Shown: piece after piece, positions 1 through 11,708 of the stretch
Numbering within the stretch: the first letter of the stretch is position 1
Layout: every line of letters begins with the position of its first letter
From: the human T2T-CHM13v2.0 reference genome, Homo sapiens
DNA length: 64,000 nt
Strand: one strand, 5' to 3'
Assembly: GCF_009914755.1 (NCBI RefSeq)
Contig: NC_060925.1
The notes under the pieces: model-generated
What the model was told of the DNA's origin: nothing
Database searches by the model: none
The model's input: only the letters and a program-made list of their open reading frames with translations
Program-made: the position numbers and the translations under genes

Positions 1-160
1 CGGGGGGCGAGGGAGGGGAGGTGGCCGTCGAGTTGACCTTCTGAACATGAGTGTCAACTCCAGGACTTGCTTCCAAGCCCTTCCCTCTGTTGGAAATTGG
101 GTGTGCCCTGGCTCCCAAGGGAGGCCCATGTGACTAATAAAAAACTGTGAACCCTGTGGA
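1..160 (+). other. ADORA1: 3' end of upstream gene 3'UTR with AATAAA at 136-141 (probably ADORA1)
   Basis: AATAAA at 136-141. The gene identity comes from known synteny (ADORA1 is tail-to-tail with MYBPH); no ADORA1 coding sequence is in the window. Confidence 0.6.
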
Positions 161-564
161 GAGCACATTGCTGGGCGCCCATCCCCACCACTGTTGAGGG
201 CAATAAGACAGCTTCAGCAGACAGGAAGCAATGACGGGGGCTGGGAGGAGCTGCGAGAGGGGGCACGTGGAGGCGTTGGAGCAAGGAGAGTTCCAGAGAG
301 GGTGTGTCTGTTTCCATAGTTACGCACTGGCGGTAGCAAACCCTGATCAGAAAGGGAGATCCTGAAAACTCACAGGTCCAGAACACCCCCCATCCCCCCA
401 CCTCCCTGCCCCAGCCATGACATCCTGAGACCTCTCCCATTGGCATCTTCCTCTTGGTGACATATCTGGAGACCCCCTCATGGTGAAACATTCAGACACC
501 CCCCCTCCTCGTGACACAGCGCCTCCCCCAGATGATGTCGCTCACTGGCACAGAGGCCCCGCAC

Positions 565-842
565 TGTTAACACCACGCATCTTTATTTGAGTGCTTCCCA
601 CCCAGAGTGCAACTCCGCAGGGCACTCCAATCTCTGCGCCTTCCAGCACCCCTTGAGCCCAGTTAGTCTGGCCTGGGGCCTACCAGGCCCATTCCTGAGT
701 TCTGGACACCAGCCTCTGGGGAAGGGAGGCCAGCAGGTACCAGGGGCGGTTCCATCAGCCGTCGCTATGGAAGCGGGGGTCTTGGGCATCTCTGGAGTTT
801 GACTGTAGGCCTGGTGGACCTGGCCCCTCAGGCCTGCAGCAC
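565..842 (-). other. MYBPH: MYBPH terminal non-coding exon (3'UTR)
   Basis: Acceptor tcctcctccag|G at 843/842, upstream donor CAG|GTAAAT at 1378, and polyA signal at 582-587. The 3' end is approximate. Confidence 0.6.
582..587 (-). terminator. MYBPH: MYBPH polyadenylation signal AATAAA
   Basis: tttatt on + strand, downstream of the MYBPH stop codon. Confidence 0.85.
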
Positions 843-1411
843 CTGGAGGAGGACATGCTTCCTGAGCCCCTGGTGTGAGCAGAGCTCGGCTGCAGGCCAG
901 AGAGGTGCAGAGTGGGGAGGGGGAGCAGCATCCTCTTCCTCACCAGGCCTCCCTCCCTCAGGTGCAATGCCCAGGTCTGAGCTCTGCCCACTGCAGTTCT
1001 AGATACTTCCGTACTTATGCAGAGCCTCAGAACCACCAGGGGAAGGAAGGCAGGGAAAGGTTGTTATCCCCAGTTTTCGGATGAGAGAATGTGTCCAAAG
1101 AGAACACCCTTGCTGAAGATCACTCAGAGCTGGGAGTAGACTCTGGTTGTGTGGCGGTCCACGGAATCACCCCCCTTCCAGGAGACACCGGCATCGCCTG
1201 GCCCTGCAACATCACTGTGAGTCTCTGGACATGCGTGCTAGTTGCCTGTGTCCACAAGTTTGTGTCCACAGAGCTGACCACCACCTTCCCTTCTCACCCC
1301 AACCCCCTGCTCCTGGCCTCCTCTCTGCTTCTGTGCTGCCCACAGAGGTAACAGAGTGGGTGGGTCAGGCCATTTACCTGGCTCCTCATCACAGCCTCCT
1401 CCCGTGACTCT

Positions 1412-1428
1412 TCAGTGTGCGGCTGAGG
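1412..1428 (-). CDS. MYBPH: MYBPH coding exon 10 (ASAAH-stop); exon continues as UTR to 1378
   Basis: ccag|CC TCA GCC GCA CAC TGA; closes the frame at 1434 nt. Confidence 0.9.
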
Positions 1429-1658
1429 CTGGAAGAGATGCTGCAGTTAGAGCTTGGGGGAAGTGGCGGGGAACTGGAAAGTTCACGGTTATACACCCTC
1501 TTCTACACCTGTCCACCCTGCCGCTTGGAAAGTAATCAGCACAGCCTGACCCCAGTCTTACCACCCCTTCTCTTCGGCCTTGATTTTAAGCTGTCTGCTG
1601 CCTCTAGTCCAGTTCCAGAGAGGTGCTTACTCCTGTTCTCCCGTCCTCAAACTCTCAC

Positions 1659-1845
1659 CTTTGACCTCCAGCCGGCAGTCCACAGATGCCTCCCCCAGCA
1701 CATTTATGGCCTTGCAGGTGTAGACCCCAGAATCAAAGGGGCTGGGTTTCCGGATCTCTAGGGTGCAGACGCCTTGCTCAGAGAGGGCGCGGTATTTGGG
1801 GTTGCCCTGGATCTCCATCTTGTTTTTCATCCAGATGATCTTGGG
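1659..1845 (-). CDS. MYBPH: MYBPH coding exon 9 (C-terminal Ig domain)
   Basis: [18 protein letters not shown]...[25 protein letters not shown]; AG/GT flanks. Confidence 0.95.
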
Positions 1846-2005
1846 CTGGGAGACATGGTCAGAAGAGAGCTGGGGAGGTATGGACTGGGGCGGGGCTCTC
1901 AACAGCTATCCCCAGGCTTAGGTGTGGACGCCCGGAGGATTCCTCAGCCCTGCTGTCCCCACCTGCCCCCACCAGCCCAGGGCACAACAGGGCCTGGCCC
2001 CTCAC

Positions 2006-2142
2006 CTTGGGTGAAGCTCGGACACTGCAGAACAACTGGGTGCTGTAGCCAGGGGTGGAGGTGTGGTCAGCCAGGGGCTGGGTGAATGAGGGGGCTTCTG
2101 AGAAGTCTCGCTCAATAAACCCTTTAGGTTTGGCAGCAATAT
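2006..2142 (-). CDS. MYBPH: MYBPH coding exon 8
   Basis: [46 protein letters not shown]; AG/GT flanks. Confidence 0.93.
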
Positions 2143-3043
2143 CTGGGTTCAGGGGAGAAAGTCGGGTGCATCTGAGCTTACAGGAGTGAGGGAGACCTGT
2201 CAGGACTGACTATGATTCAAGATCTATGGATAGCAAGTCGTGGCTTATTTGCAGGAACTTGGACAATCTCAAAGAGGCAGAGAAAGCTGAGACTGTAGCT
2301 GGGTGGGTCAGGGTGATGAGTAGAGATGAGAAGGTGGAAAAACCAGAGATAAGAGCATCTTGGCAGAAGATGGATGCTAGCAACTCAGAGGTGCCACGTT
2401 TCCTTTGGGTTTGTCGTTGGAGACTTGACTGGCTTTCTTTTTTTAAACAAAAGTTTCTTCCTAATTCTGTGCAGTTCAGGCTAGTGTTAAAAAAAGTTTG
2501 CCTTCTGGAACCCACACAGACTGTGGGTCGGAGAGGGCCTTGGGGCACACAAGGGACAGGGAAAAGGGCCCGGGGTTTAACATTTGACGCAAGAGGGTCA
2601 GGTGCCTGTGTGGAGACAGTAAATACTCCTATCTCTCTTGTCCATCTATGTGGTATGTATTAGGGTTGGGAGGCTTGTTTTAGCACACTACCCAGCCATG
2701 CGCAGGTCACCCTTTAGGTTCCCTTCGGACACTCACTGCCTGAGACTCGGCGGCTGCTGTGATGCTGGCAGCCACACACCTCTTTGGAATAAGCACACAG
2801 CCTCCAAAGGGGCATCTTTCATTTGTGTGGATTTGCTCTGATGTGTTTGTTAAAATCAGCCAACCACATTCACTACTTTGCAGCCACTCCATGTGTGTGT
2901 ATGCATAGCCGTGGAGTGAGGAGACGGCAAGTGTTCCAGGGGCAGACGCCCAGGAGAAACCCAGAGAGAGGGGTGCAGAGACGCGGAGGAAGAAGCAGAG
3001 ACAGGGAGAGAGTTAGCACAGCCAGCTCCGGGCCCAAACCCAC

Positions 3044-3203
3044 CTGCCTTCTGGATGTGGGCGAGCTCCTTGGTGACGGTGGCCGAGGTGCTGAGTCCAC
3101 ACAGGTTTTCTGAGAAGACCCGGAAGGAGTACGAGTTGCCGATGATGAGGTCAGAGATGGTGCAGGTGGTTGGGTGGTAGCGCTCCAGCACTGTGAACCA
3201 TTG
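3044..3203 (-). CDS. MYBPH: MYBPH coding exon 7 (FN3)
   Basis: [36 protein letters not shown]; AG/GT flanks. Confidence 0.95.
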
Positions 3204-3414
3204 CTGCAGGGCCCCGGGTGTCACCCTCATTTCTCACCCCTGTCCTCACCCTCCCTGCTTACCCTGGAGACCTTTCCTCACAGGAACTCATTCCATGCCC
3301 CCAACCTTAGGATGCTGAACCATCCAGCTTTGGGCCTCAGGGACATTGAATTGGAAGAAGGGGCCCCTGGGTCACTCAGGTGACCTCTGTAGGGTCCTCA
3401 GAGAATCCTAGAGC

Positions 3415-3579
3415 CTTTGTGTGCAAAGTGTGGCCCATGGATGTGCAACTTCAGCATCACCTGGAAACGTCTTAGAAATGCAGGCCCTCAGCCCCCACCC
3501 TGGACCTACTGAGTCAGACTCTGCCTCTTAGCAAGCTCCCCAGGTGACTCATGTGGACATTAAGATTTGAGAAGCATGG
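3415..3579. mobile_element. MER5A-type hAT DNA transposon relic
   Basis: caaagtgtgg...cagcatcacctgg...ttagaaatgca...gacctactgagtcagactctg...tttgagaagcatgg resembles the MER5A/MER5A1 consensus. Confidence 0.7.
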
Positions 3580-3813
3580 CTCCAGAACTTGAAAGGCTTC
3601 AGACAGCCCGGGCCAGCCCTCTTCACAGTCTTCAGGAGGCATCTGAGGTCCAGAGAGGAAGAGTCTTGCTAAGGGCCTCCTAGGGAGTCAGGTTAGCAGT
3701 GGGCAGACCAGAACTCGATCCCTAGACTCGGTCCCTAGACTCAGTGGGATGGGCCTTCCCCACCACCTTGACCACTTCGTACCCCGACCCCACTTTGCCT
3801 CAGCCAGCCTCAC

Positions 3814-3953
3814 CCCTGTCTTTTTGTCTGCCTTCTGCACCATGTAGCCCAGGAGCTCTGTGTTGCCTGTGTCCTGGGGTGGCGTCCACTGAAGAGCAGC
3901 ATTGCAGCCCCAGACGTCCAGGAGCCTGATGCTGCTGGGGGGTCCAGGTTTCT
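3814..3953 (-). CDS. MYBPH: MYBPH coding exon 6 (FN3)
   Basis: [47 protein letters not shown]; AG/GT flanks. Confidence 0.95.
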
Positions 3954-4135
3954 CTGTAGGCCCAGAGTGTGAGAGGAAGTGAGTGTGAGGGCCAGGCTGG
4001 CCACAGAGCCCCCACACCCAAAATTTGGCTCTTGCCACACTCCCTTGGCCTGCTCCCATCAGCCATCAGCTCTGGGATAGGAGGTTGGGGGCTCCAGGTC
4101 CCCCATGAGACAGCACTGTTCCCCTGGCTCCATAC

Positions 4136-4331
4136 CAATCACCAGGATGTCAATGACTGCCTTGGCCTCCAGGTCTTCCACGCGCACAGTGAGCTCGTAG
4201 CGGCCAGAGTCGGAGCGCTGGGCCGAGCGAATGAAGAGGATGGAGTCCTGGTCCCCGGTGCGCATGCTCACCCGCTGGCTGTCCAGGGCATGGCCGTTGT
4301 GGGTCCATGTGGCCTGAGGCTTAGGCTTCCC
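4136..4331 (-). CDS. MYBPH: MYBPH coding exon 5 (Ig)
   Basis: [13 protein letters not shown]...[27 protein letters not shown]; AG/GT flanks. Confidence 0.95.
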
Positions 4332-4704
4332 CTGGCAGGGAGGAGCCCCCAGGGTGAGTGTAGGGAGGTGCCAGAGTCCCCACACCTCCTTAACTCCAGG
4401 AGTCTCTGGAGCTGTTCTCGGGGAAGCCTGTCCCACTGGCCCTTCTCAGGAGGGGCAGCAGAGGCTGGAGCCACAGGTGCTGCCCACAGCCACATCTTCC
4501 AGGTGTCCATCCCGCTCTGGGGGCCCACCTGCCCATCCACAGGCTGAGAATCACCAATGAGTCATGTGCATGATTGCGGAAGGATGAAGCCGTCTCGCTG
4601 GGTCTCAGCTGGACCCTTGGAGACCCTGCCATCTCCCAGGCTCCCCTTAAATGGGGGCCCTGGTTCCCACCCAGGCTGTTACCCTTGGTGGGGGTAATAC
4701 CCAC

Positions 4705-4793
4705 CTGGAAGGGGATTTGCAGGTTGACCGTCTCTCCCACCTGGCGGATGTAGGTCTGACGGAGGTGGCGGGGGACACGGATCTTGGGGGCCT
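4705..4793 (-). CDS. MYBPH: MYBPH coding exon 4
   Basis: [30 protein letters not shown]; AG/GT flanks. Confidence 0.95.
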
Positions 4794-7182
4794 CTGGATC
4801 AAAGCAAGAGTCTGGGCTTAGCAGTGCAGTGGGGTGGCTGATTGGGGTTTCTGAGATGGGGCAGGGGACAGCTGGTGAGGGATGCTGGCTGGGAGGAGGG
4901 TCCTGGGTGTGCCTGGCTGCCATGGGGTCCCTCCTTGCAGGAAGGGTGAAGCTCTCACTCCTGAGGTCTAGGGGCCCAAATCCCTTAAGGGAGCAGGAGG
5001 TTTCAGGAGGTCAGCGCCTCCATGGTGTGAACTGGTAAGCATCCTGGGCACTCCCTTGGCGCCTCGACTCTGCCAGGATGGGATTTGTCCTGCAGCCCAG
5101 GCATTCCCAAGCACCAGATGGGCCCCAGCTGACTCTCTGTCTCCCCCTGCTGGGGAGCAGGTGCTGCACCTGTCAGGCTGCACTTCTAGGAAGGGGAGGC
5201 CACTGCCGTCTTCCTGCTCTAATATCCCCAGCTCTCCACAAGCCCAGGACTTTCAGAGAAGCCTTTGTGAAACCCTGTTTGTCCATTCCTCTGTCTCCAG
5301 GCCCTATTGAAAGGTTTAGGATCTTTCTCTTCCCAAGTGAAGCCAGGGCGGGTATCCCCCCTTCTTCCTCTGTCACCCTCCCAAAATCTGTTAGTCTCAG
5401 AGCCGGGAAGTCCTTCTTGAAGTCCTATTTCAGCTGCCTGCTATGCTAAGGAATGACATTCTGACCCTCATCTGGTCAGGGGCAACCACTGAAGCCCCTG
5501 GGCATTCTAAGGGAAGCTGCAGTGGCCACCATCCCTGTCCCCTGGGGTGGGTGCTGGGTCCATGACTGAGGCTCCTCAGCAGCAAACAGGTGGCAGCAGT
5601 TGGTTGGTGGCACGCAGGGCGGAGGAGGACAAGACAGTGAGAAGGAACACGGTGTCTCTGAGGATTAGCTGAGTGGGCACTTGGCTCTGGGAGCTCAGGC
5701 ATGGAATGCTCTAGGGACAGCTGCAGGGGGTCAAGAATGCTTGGCAGCTCCAGGTGGCCAAGGAGAGACAGCTGAGCAGCCAAGGATCCTGGACAGGGCC
5801 CCCACTCTGCCCTGTGATAAGCCTGGCTGTTCCCCACTTGTTCACAGCCTCCTCTCCCTCTTCTCTCCAGGAAATCCCCTTCTCTCCTGCCAGAGGAATT
5901 TGAATGGAGAAGTGGGTGCTGAGTCTGGCTGGGTCCATCAATGCTGGGCCTCAGGGGCCTCTCAGAGTCTGAGCTCCCTGGTTCCCTGGGGAAGGCCCAG
6001 CACCGTCCCAACCAAGAAGCCTTCCTGGCGCCTCCAGGACTAGGGTCGACACAGCCATAATGCAGCTGCCTGGTGGGGCCACATCTCACCTAGAGCCAAA
6101 GGCTGGGAATTAGGGTTGGGAGGCTTGGGTTTTGGGTGCCACCAGAGAAGATGCTCTGCAGTGCAGTGGGACATGAGTGGTCCTGTGTAGGCATCAGACT
6201 CTGGGACTGCCAATAAAAGGCTGGGTGACCTCAAGGGATGCCCTGGGCTCCTTGGGATCTCCTTGGGCCTTGATAATCTATGAATCTAAGCTCCCTAACC
6301 CCATGGTTCCCATGTCTCTCAGGCCTCAGAGCTGAGCATTTCCTTTCGAATCCAGACTTGACCCCTCCTGTGGATCCCCTCTCCTTCTGGAGGCCTTGTC
6401 TAGAGCTACCAGAAATCATCCATCCCCTAGTGGAGGAGCAAGAAGGAAGGTGGAGAAGGCTTCAGGCCACCTGCCTGCCTGTGTCTCTCCTCACCCTGGG
6501 GGACTGTGCTGTCCCCAGAGACCTCAGATCAGACCAAATGACTCACTGTCATTAACAGACTGAAACCCGATCAGCTCCGGGAGGGGAGCGAGGGGAGGAT
6601 TGAGGCTAATGCACCTTGCAAATAGAAATATTAGCAATGGGGATGGCAGCTGGCCTGCGGGGCCCCAGTGAGGTATGCCCTCTGCAATGGAGAAGTCTTC
6701 ATGGGCCTTTTGCAGACCTTCTTTTTCTTTCCACTAGGGCCATGGTGGAACAAGGGGCAAGCAGCGCCTTCTCTCTGTTTCAAGACCTTTGAGAGAATCT
6801 GGAACCCAGGCCACAGGAAATGGGCAGAAAATGAGCATTTATGGCCACTGGAGAGATTGAGATTAGATGGGAGATAGAACAGATGGACTCTTAGCATTGA
6901 GCAGGTGACCCAGGGAACTTGACCTTTTGTTTCTGAGCCCCTTTCTCAAGGCGTGGGGGCTGGACCACTCAGGGAAATGGCTTCTTAGACCTCCAGAGGC
7001 CCCTTACTGCTGAGGAACCCGGAACTTTCTTAAGGCAAGATGGTGATAGCGTGTGGCTTGTGCATGTGAGCGTGGGACGGGGGAAATGACTGCCTGGTTC
7101 CCTCTACCTGCTGGCCTCAGTTTCTCCATTAGATAAGGTGTTTGGGAAGGGCTGGGTAGCTGAAGGCCAGGATGGGCTTTAC

Positions 7183-7350
7183 CAATGTTCTCTCGGATGT
7201 GGATGGGCTGGTCCAGCATGGCCGGCGGGCCAGCCCCTGCAGAACTCACTGCAGACACGCGCAGGAGGAACTTGTCTCCCAGAGCCAGGTTCCGCACAGT
7301 CTGCTGGGTCACCATCATGGGCCGGGCACTCACAGGCACCCACTCCGAGG
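7183..7350 (-). CDS. MYBPH: MYBPH coding exon 3 (FN3)
   Basis: ASEWVPVSARPMMVTQQTVRNLALGDKFLLRVSAVSSAGAGPP; AG/GT flanks. Confidence 0.95.
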
Positions 7351-8079
7351 CTGAGGGGATGGAGAGAGTGTGAGGTCTTTGCAATGTGGCCACAGGCGCC
7401 CCTCTCCATGGGGCTTCTTTTCCTGCTGGTGATCTGGGGAAATCAGCCTCCCTCTCTGGGCCTCATTTTCCCCTTGTTTGCCTTCCCTGACTTCTTGTCA
7501 AATGGCATCAAAGACACCTGATGTTAGAGCCCTGAAATTGTGGCTAGAGATGAGGTTGTTGAAGCCCAGAGAGGGTTGGACACATTTGCAAAGTCACACA
7601 GCAAGGTAGGGGCAGAGGCAGAGGCCAGGCTGGACTTGGGCCATGGAGGGGGACAGTGGCAGCAGGGATGTGGCCCCCACACCCCCACCCCATTCCCGCT
7701 TTCTCCTCACTGTCTCTTACGCTAACATTCCCCTCTCCAGCTCCTCCCTTTCCACTTCCTACAGTTCGGGGTCCTCTGAGACTTAGCACTTCCTTCCCTT
7801 CTCACCAAAGGAGAACCCAGTGCCCCCTTACCCTTCCCTTACTCAGAAGCTCCTTGGAGCTGAGGACAAGGGAGCCCCTCAACCCACCCACCTACCCTTT
7901 CTTGCTCTCCTGCTGGTGGAGCAAGAAAGGGCAGGTGGGTGGGTTGAGGAGCCTACTGCTCGCATCCCCTCCTTCTGTATCTCTCCCAGACTGACCAACC
8001 ACAGGGCCTGTGCACTTGTCCCTGCAGCCCTCCATGACAACCTCCCCTGGGTGTATGCAAGACTTAGCCCAGCACTCAC

Positions 8080-8214
8080 CTCCCTCTCTGCAGAGCTCCA
8101 GCACATAGCCCTGGAGGCCCAGCCTCCCCAGCCTCTCTGGGGGCTCCCAGCTCACAGTCACAGAGCTGCTGCTCACATCATCCAGGGTCAGCAGCAGTGG
8201 GGCACTGGGGACAT
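8080..8214 (-). CDS. MYBPH: MYBPH coding exon 2 (FN3)
   Basis: DVPSAPLLLTLDDVSSSSVTVSWEPPERLGRLGLQGYVLELCREG; AG/GT flanks. Confidence 0.95.
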
Positions 8215-8303
8215 CTGGGGAGATGAAGAGGTTCATGGCCAAGAGCTCCCCTCCACCCCTGACATGCCTGCCTCCCTCCTCCCCCTGCCCCACCTTCAGT
8301 CAC

Positions 8304-8508
8304 CTTCACTTGGGGGTGCAGGCTTAGTGGCTGTGGAGGCTGTAGGGGCCTGTGGGGCAGGGGCCTGCGGCTTGGGCACCTGCTCTTCTCTGGTGGACTC
8401 TGATACTGCCACTTCTCCGGGAGGCTCTGCTGTGGGCACCTTGGCAGATTCAGATGCGGTCTCCTCTGGACTGCAGGCAGGGCCCTCGGAGGTGTTTTTT
8501 TCCATCAT
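8304..8508 (-). CDS. MYBPH: MYBPH coding exon 1 (Pro/Ala-rich N-terminus), myosin-binding protein H
   Basis: ATG at 8508; MMEKNTSEGPACSPEET...; donor G|GTGAC. Confidence 0.95.
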
Positions 8509-8602
8509 TGCTGGACTGGCTGGGGGGCCAGGGTGGAGTGTGCAGGGGTCAGCCGTTGGGGGGCCTGGGCCTCTAGGGTGCCTGGGACACCTAGGTCCAG
8601 GC

Positions 8603-8817
8603 TTATATAGTCAGGGGCTGCCCCACCCCCAGCAAACGATTCCCAGCTGTGGGGTCAGGTCAAGCAGGAGGACTGGAGGGTGGAGAGGCGCCCAGGCCAG
8701 GAATAGCTCTGGGGGAGGAACCACAAGGGCCCCTTGAGGAGTCACTTCCTCATCCATCTCCCCGACTGGCCTTCAACAGCCAGGGTGCTGGTGCCCAGCT
8801 GGGGGAGGGCGCAGATG
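8603..8817 (-). promoter_or_regulatory. MYBPH: MYBPH promoter: TATA box and myogenic E-boxes
   Basis: TATATAA (minus) at 8603-8609; CAGCTG at 8644-8649 and 8796-8801; CAGATG at 8812-8817. Confidence 0.65.
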
Positions 8818-9489
8818 GGTGAGATGGGACATCGAGCAGGCCGCGTGCCAGGTGTCAGGGCAATAGGAGGAAGAACTTCTATCTGGAGAATGAGCCCAGC
8901 TCAGGCTCTGTGTGTCTGGCGTCTACGGGGCCACTTGTTCCCAGAGCTTCTCAGACTGGGTGCTGGGGCCCTGACAGTTTGGGACAATCGTCCTTGTGAG
9001 CACTCCCAGCTTTGCCTCTGGGGTCCACATTCCCTGGGCTCCCACAGTTCCCAGGGACTCTCGCCTGTGCTGTATGAGGCTGAGGGCCCTAGAGAGGGAG
9101 GGAATTGAGATGCTGAGGGTGGAGCTGCTCAGAGGATGGTCCTCCAGCATTGGAACCCCAGGAAGGGGCACTAAGTCTCCTGGCTCCTGTCTCAGTTGGG
9201 CGGCTGGTAAGGAGCTCGTCTCCCCTGATGCCTGCTGTGGGCCTCAGTTTTCCACCTGTTACAGAGAACCCCTCGCCCTTCGGGATGGGGTGCAGTTGTA
9301 GGCAGATCTGGAAGATGCCCTAGTGGAGGAGAGCACTCTGAAGCTTCTAGACTCTTCCAAGCAGGCTGTGGGCATGGGCTTTCTCAGTGTGCCAAAGGAG
9401 GCAGATATGGCCAGATTTCTAGTCATTGATTCATTTGTTCGATAAAATGTTAAGACTGGGAATCACTGGAAAGCCAGAAAATGCCATGT

Positions 9490-10160
9490 GTCAGGAAGGA
9501 GGGAGAACATTAAGAACTTTTATTGCTGGTATTGGAGCAGTCACTCTGGAAAATGTGAGAGTTTTACTAGTGCCTAGTAAAATGGATGAGGTGCCTACTC
9601 CGTGACCCAGCCGTGCCGCTCATATAACACCCACACATGCCCCAGGAGACATGGAGAAGAAGGTTCATGGCAATGTTATTTGTAATTGTTGAAATGTGGG
9701 GGAAAACAGCTGTCCCTCAACAGTGGGATGGATAAATAACTGTGGAGTGTTTATGCAACTGTAAAGCAAAATATGGGGTCAAATGAGCAACTTCAGCTAC
9801 TCACAGACCCAGTGATGAGCAGAAGAGCAAGGCACACAGAAATGTTGCGTCTCATCTGTCTCATCTACATTAAATCCAAATGCAGTCAACACCAGGCTCC
9901 CTTCTTCAAGGTACATCCGTAGGCGGTAAGGCCAGAAAGGAAGATGAGGCCAGTACAAAAGTTAGGATGGCGATTGCCTCTAGGTGGAGGAACAGGGATA
10001 TCTGTGATCGTGAGGGCTGCAGGGGTGCTAATGAGGTTTCCTTTCCTGACCTGGGTGGTGGTTACACAGGTTCTTACTACATAGTTATTCTTCAAATTAA
10101 ACAAATACATTTATGCACTCTTTAGCACGTAAGATGTGCTCACAATTTAAAAATAAGTAA
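9490..10160 (+). mobile_element. Old L1 (L1ME-like) 3' fragment
   Basis: ggatggataaataactgtgg, cctgacctgggtggtggttacacagg and an A-rich end match old L1 3'UTR motifs. Confidence 0.6.
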
Positions 10161-11702
10161 AAGTGATTTATTCAGGGCCCTCAGCAGCATGCATGCTCTT
10201 CCCTTTCCTGGGGACTGGGGACACCAGGGTGTGGCTGCCTCTCAACCCTGCTGTCTCTGCTGGGGAGTGGCAGTGCAGGGCCTGGGAGCCTCTGGATCTG
10301 GCCCTCCCTGGATGCCCTCGCCCTCTGCTAGGTGACTCCACGTCTTGCCAGGCAGGGAGTGGGTCCTGGAGACGGGATCTCCATCCTTGGCCTCTGACTC
10401 TGCAGCTATAAGTGAATGTGACTAACCCCACAGGACACTGAGTCAGCCCTGGAGAGCCTGTCCCCGGCTGGGGGAAGGGTGGCCCCAGGGGAGGGCAGTT
10501 GGCTGCCCACAAGGGCTTGCAGCCCTGGGGTTTCAAAGATGCCTGTGTGGTGGGGTGGGCAGTGGCAGGGATTAGGGAATACTTGGCCCCACCAGCCAGA
10601 GGTGAAATGCCGGGTACCCCCTCCCCACACCCCACTCCACGCCTTGCCGAGTCCTTGTTTTCTTCGCCTTCAGCAGGGCTGTGACCTTGGGATCAGTAGC
10701 ATCTGCCCAGCTCCAGCTGGTTCAGATTTCAGATATTTCCTCCTTCCCTCCACTTCAAACCGGAGTCACAAACCATCAGGCCAATTTGTGATTATCCTAA
10801 GTCACAGATAATCCAAACATCAGAGAATCCACAAATCAATTCTCTTTAGTTCTGGGGTGAGTATCTGGAGCCTTTTTGGATAAAGGCATTCCTGGGGCCC
10901 TGGGAATTCAACAAAAGCCTGATGAGAGCGTCTCCACCTCATAAAGGCTGAAAATCTGTCTATTCTTCTGAGTCACCCCATCACATCCTCCCGACCTCCT
11001 ATCTCAGGCCAGCTTGAGCAGAGGTACTTTGATCTCTGAATGGGTGGAGGGATGAGTGTTAGGGGAGGGGTGAACAGAACAAAGGGCTAAGCCCAGCACT
11101 AGGACTATTGACAGATTTCAGCCCAGCCACGGAATGGGTTGCTTCCAAGGTAATCGGCTGCCCCTCACTGGGAGGCTGGAGGGCCATCTCTCAAGCACTC
11201 TGCAGGGACTCCAGTCCCGAGAGGCAGGAAGGGTACATGAGATGACATCTGCATTTCCTGCTGGCCCTGAGGGTCCAGGGTTCAGGGCTTTCTAACCTGG
11301 TCCTGTGATGAGCTCCCACCACCTTCCTGTGGATCAGAAGAGAGGGAGTGTTGGGATGAAAAGCCTTCTTTCCCAGGGCCTGCTAGCCTTCAGGAAACAG
11401 AAAACGTTTCTTTCAACAGGGAATTTAATTTAGAAATCTGGATGGCAATGACTTTAATATTTGGAAGGCCATCAGCCATGCTTGGGTTAAGTCCAAGGCA
11501 GGTGAATCTGAGGACGCTGGCCTCCCACTGGGGCTCTCTGCGGCTAGGCAGAGGACATGGCGGCCTCATCTCTGCAAGCTCAGGGGTCCCAAGGCTCAGA
11601 GGAAGGAACCCAGAAGAGATGGGGGAGGTGAGTCCAGTGGGTCTAGTGGGCGCTCAAAGATAGACCAAAGCAAAGCGCCAACACACTGTTAAGCTCTTGT
11701 AC

Positions 11703-11708
11703 TTTATT
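11703..11708 (-). terminator. CHI3L1: CHI3L1 polyadenylation signal AATAAA
   Basis: tttatt about 490 nt downstream of the TAG. Confidence 0.85.

Noticed and set aside
5430-6089. 219-aa minus-strand ORF in MYBPH intron 3
   Set aside because: Non-ATG start, composition typical of GC-rich non-coding DNA, and not needed for the in-frame MYBPH CDS
7820-8737. 305-aa + strand ORF
   Set aside because: GTG start, antisense shadow of the GC-rich MYBPH exons 1-2 and promoter, and no recognisable domain
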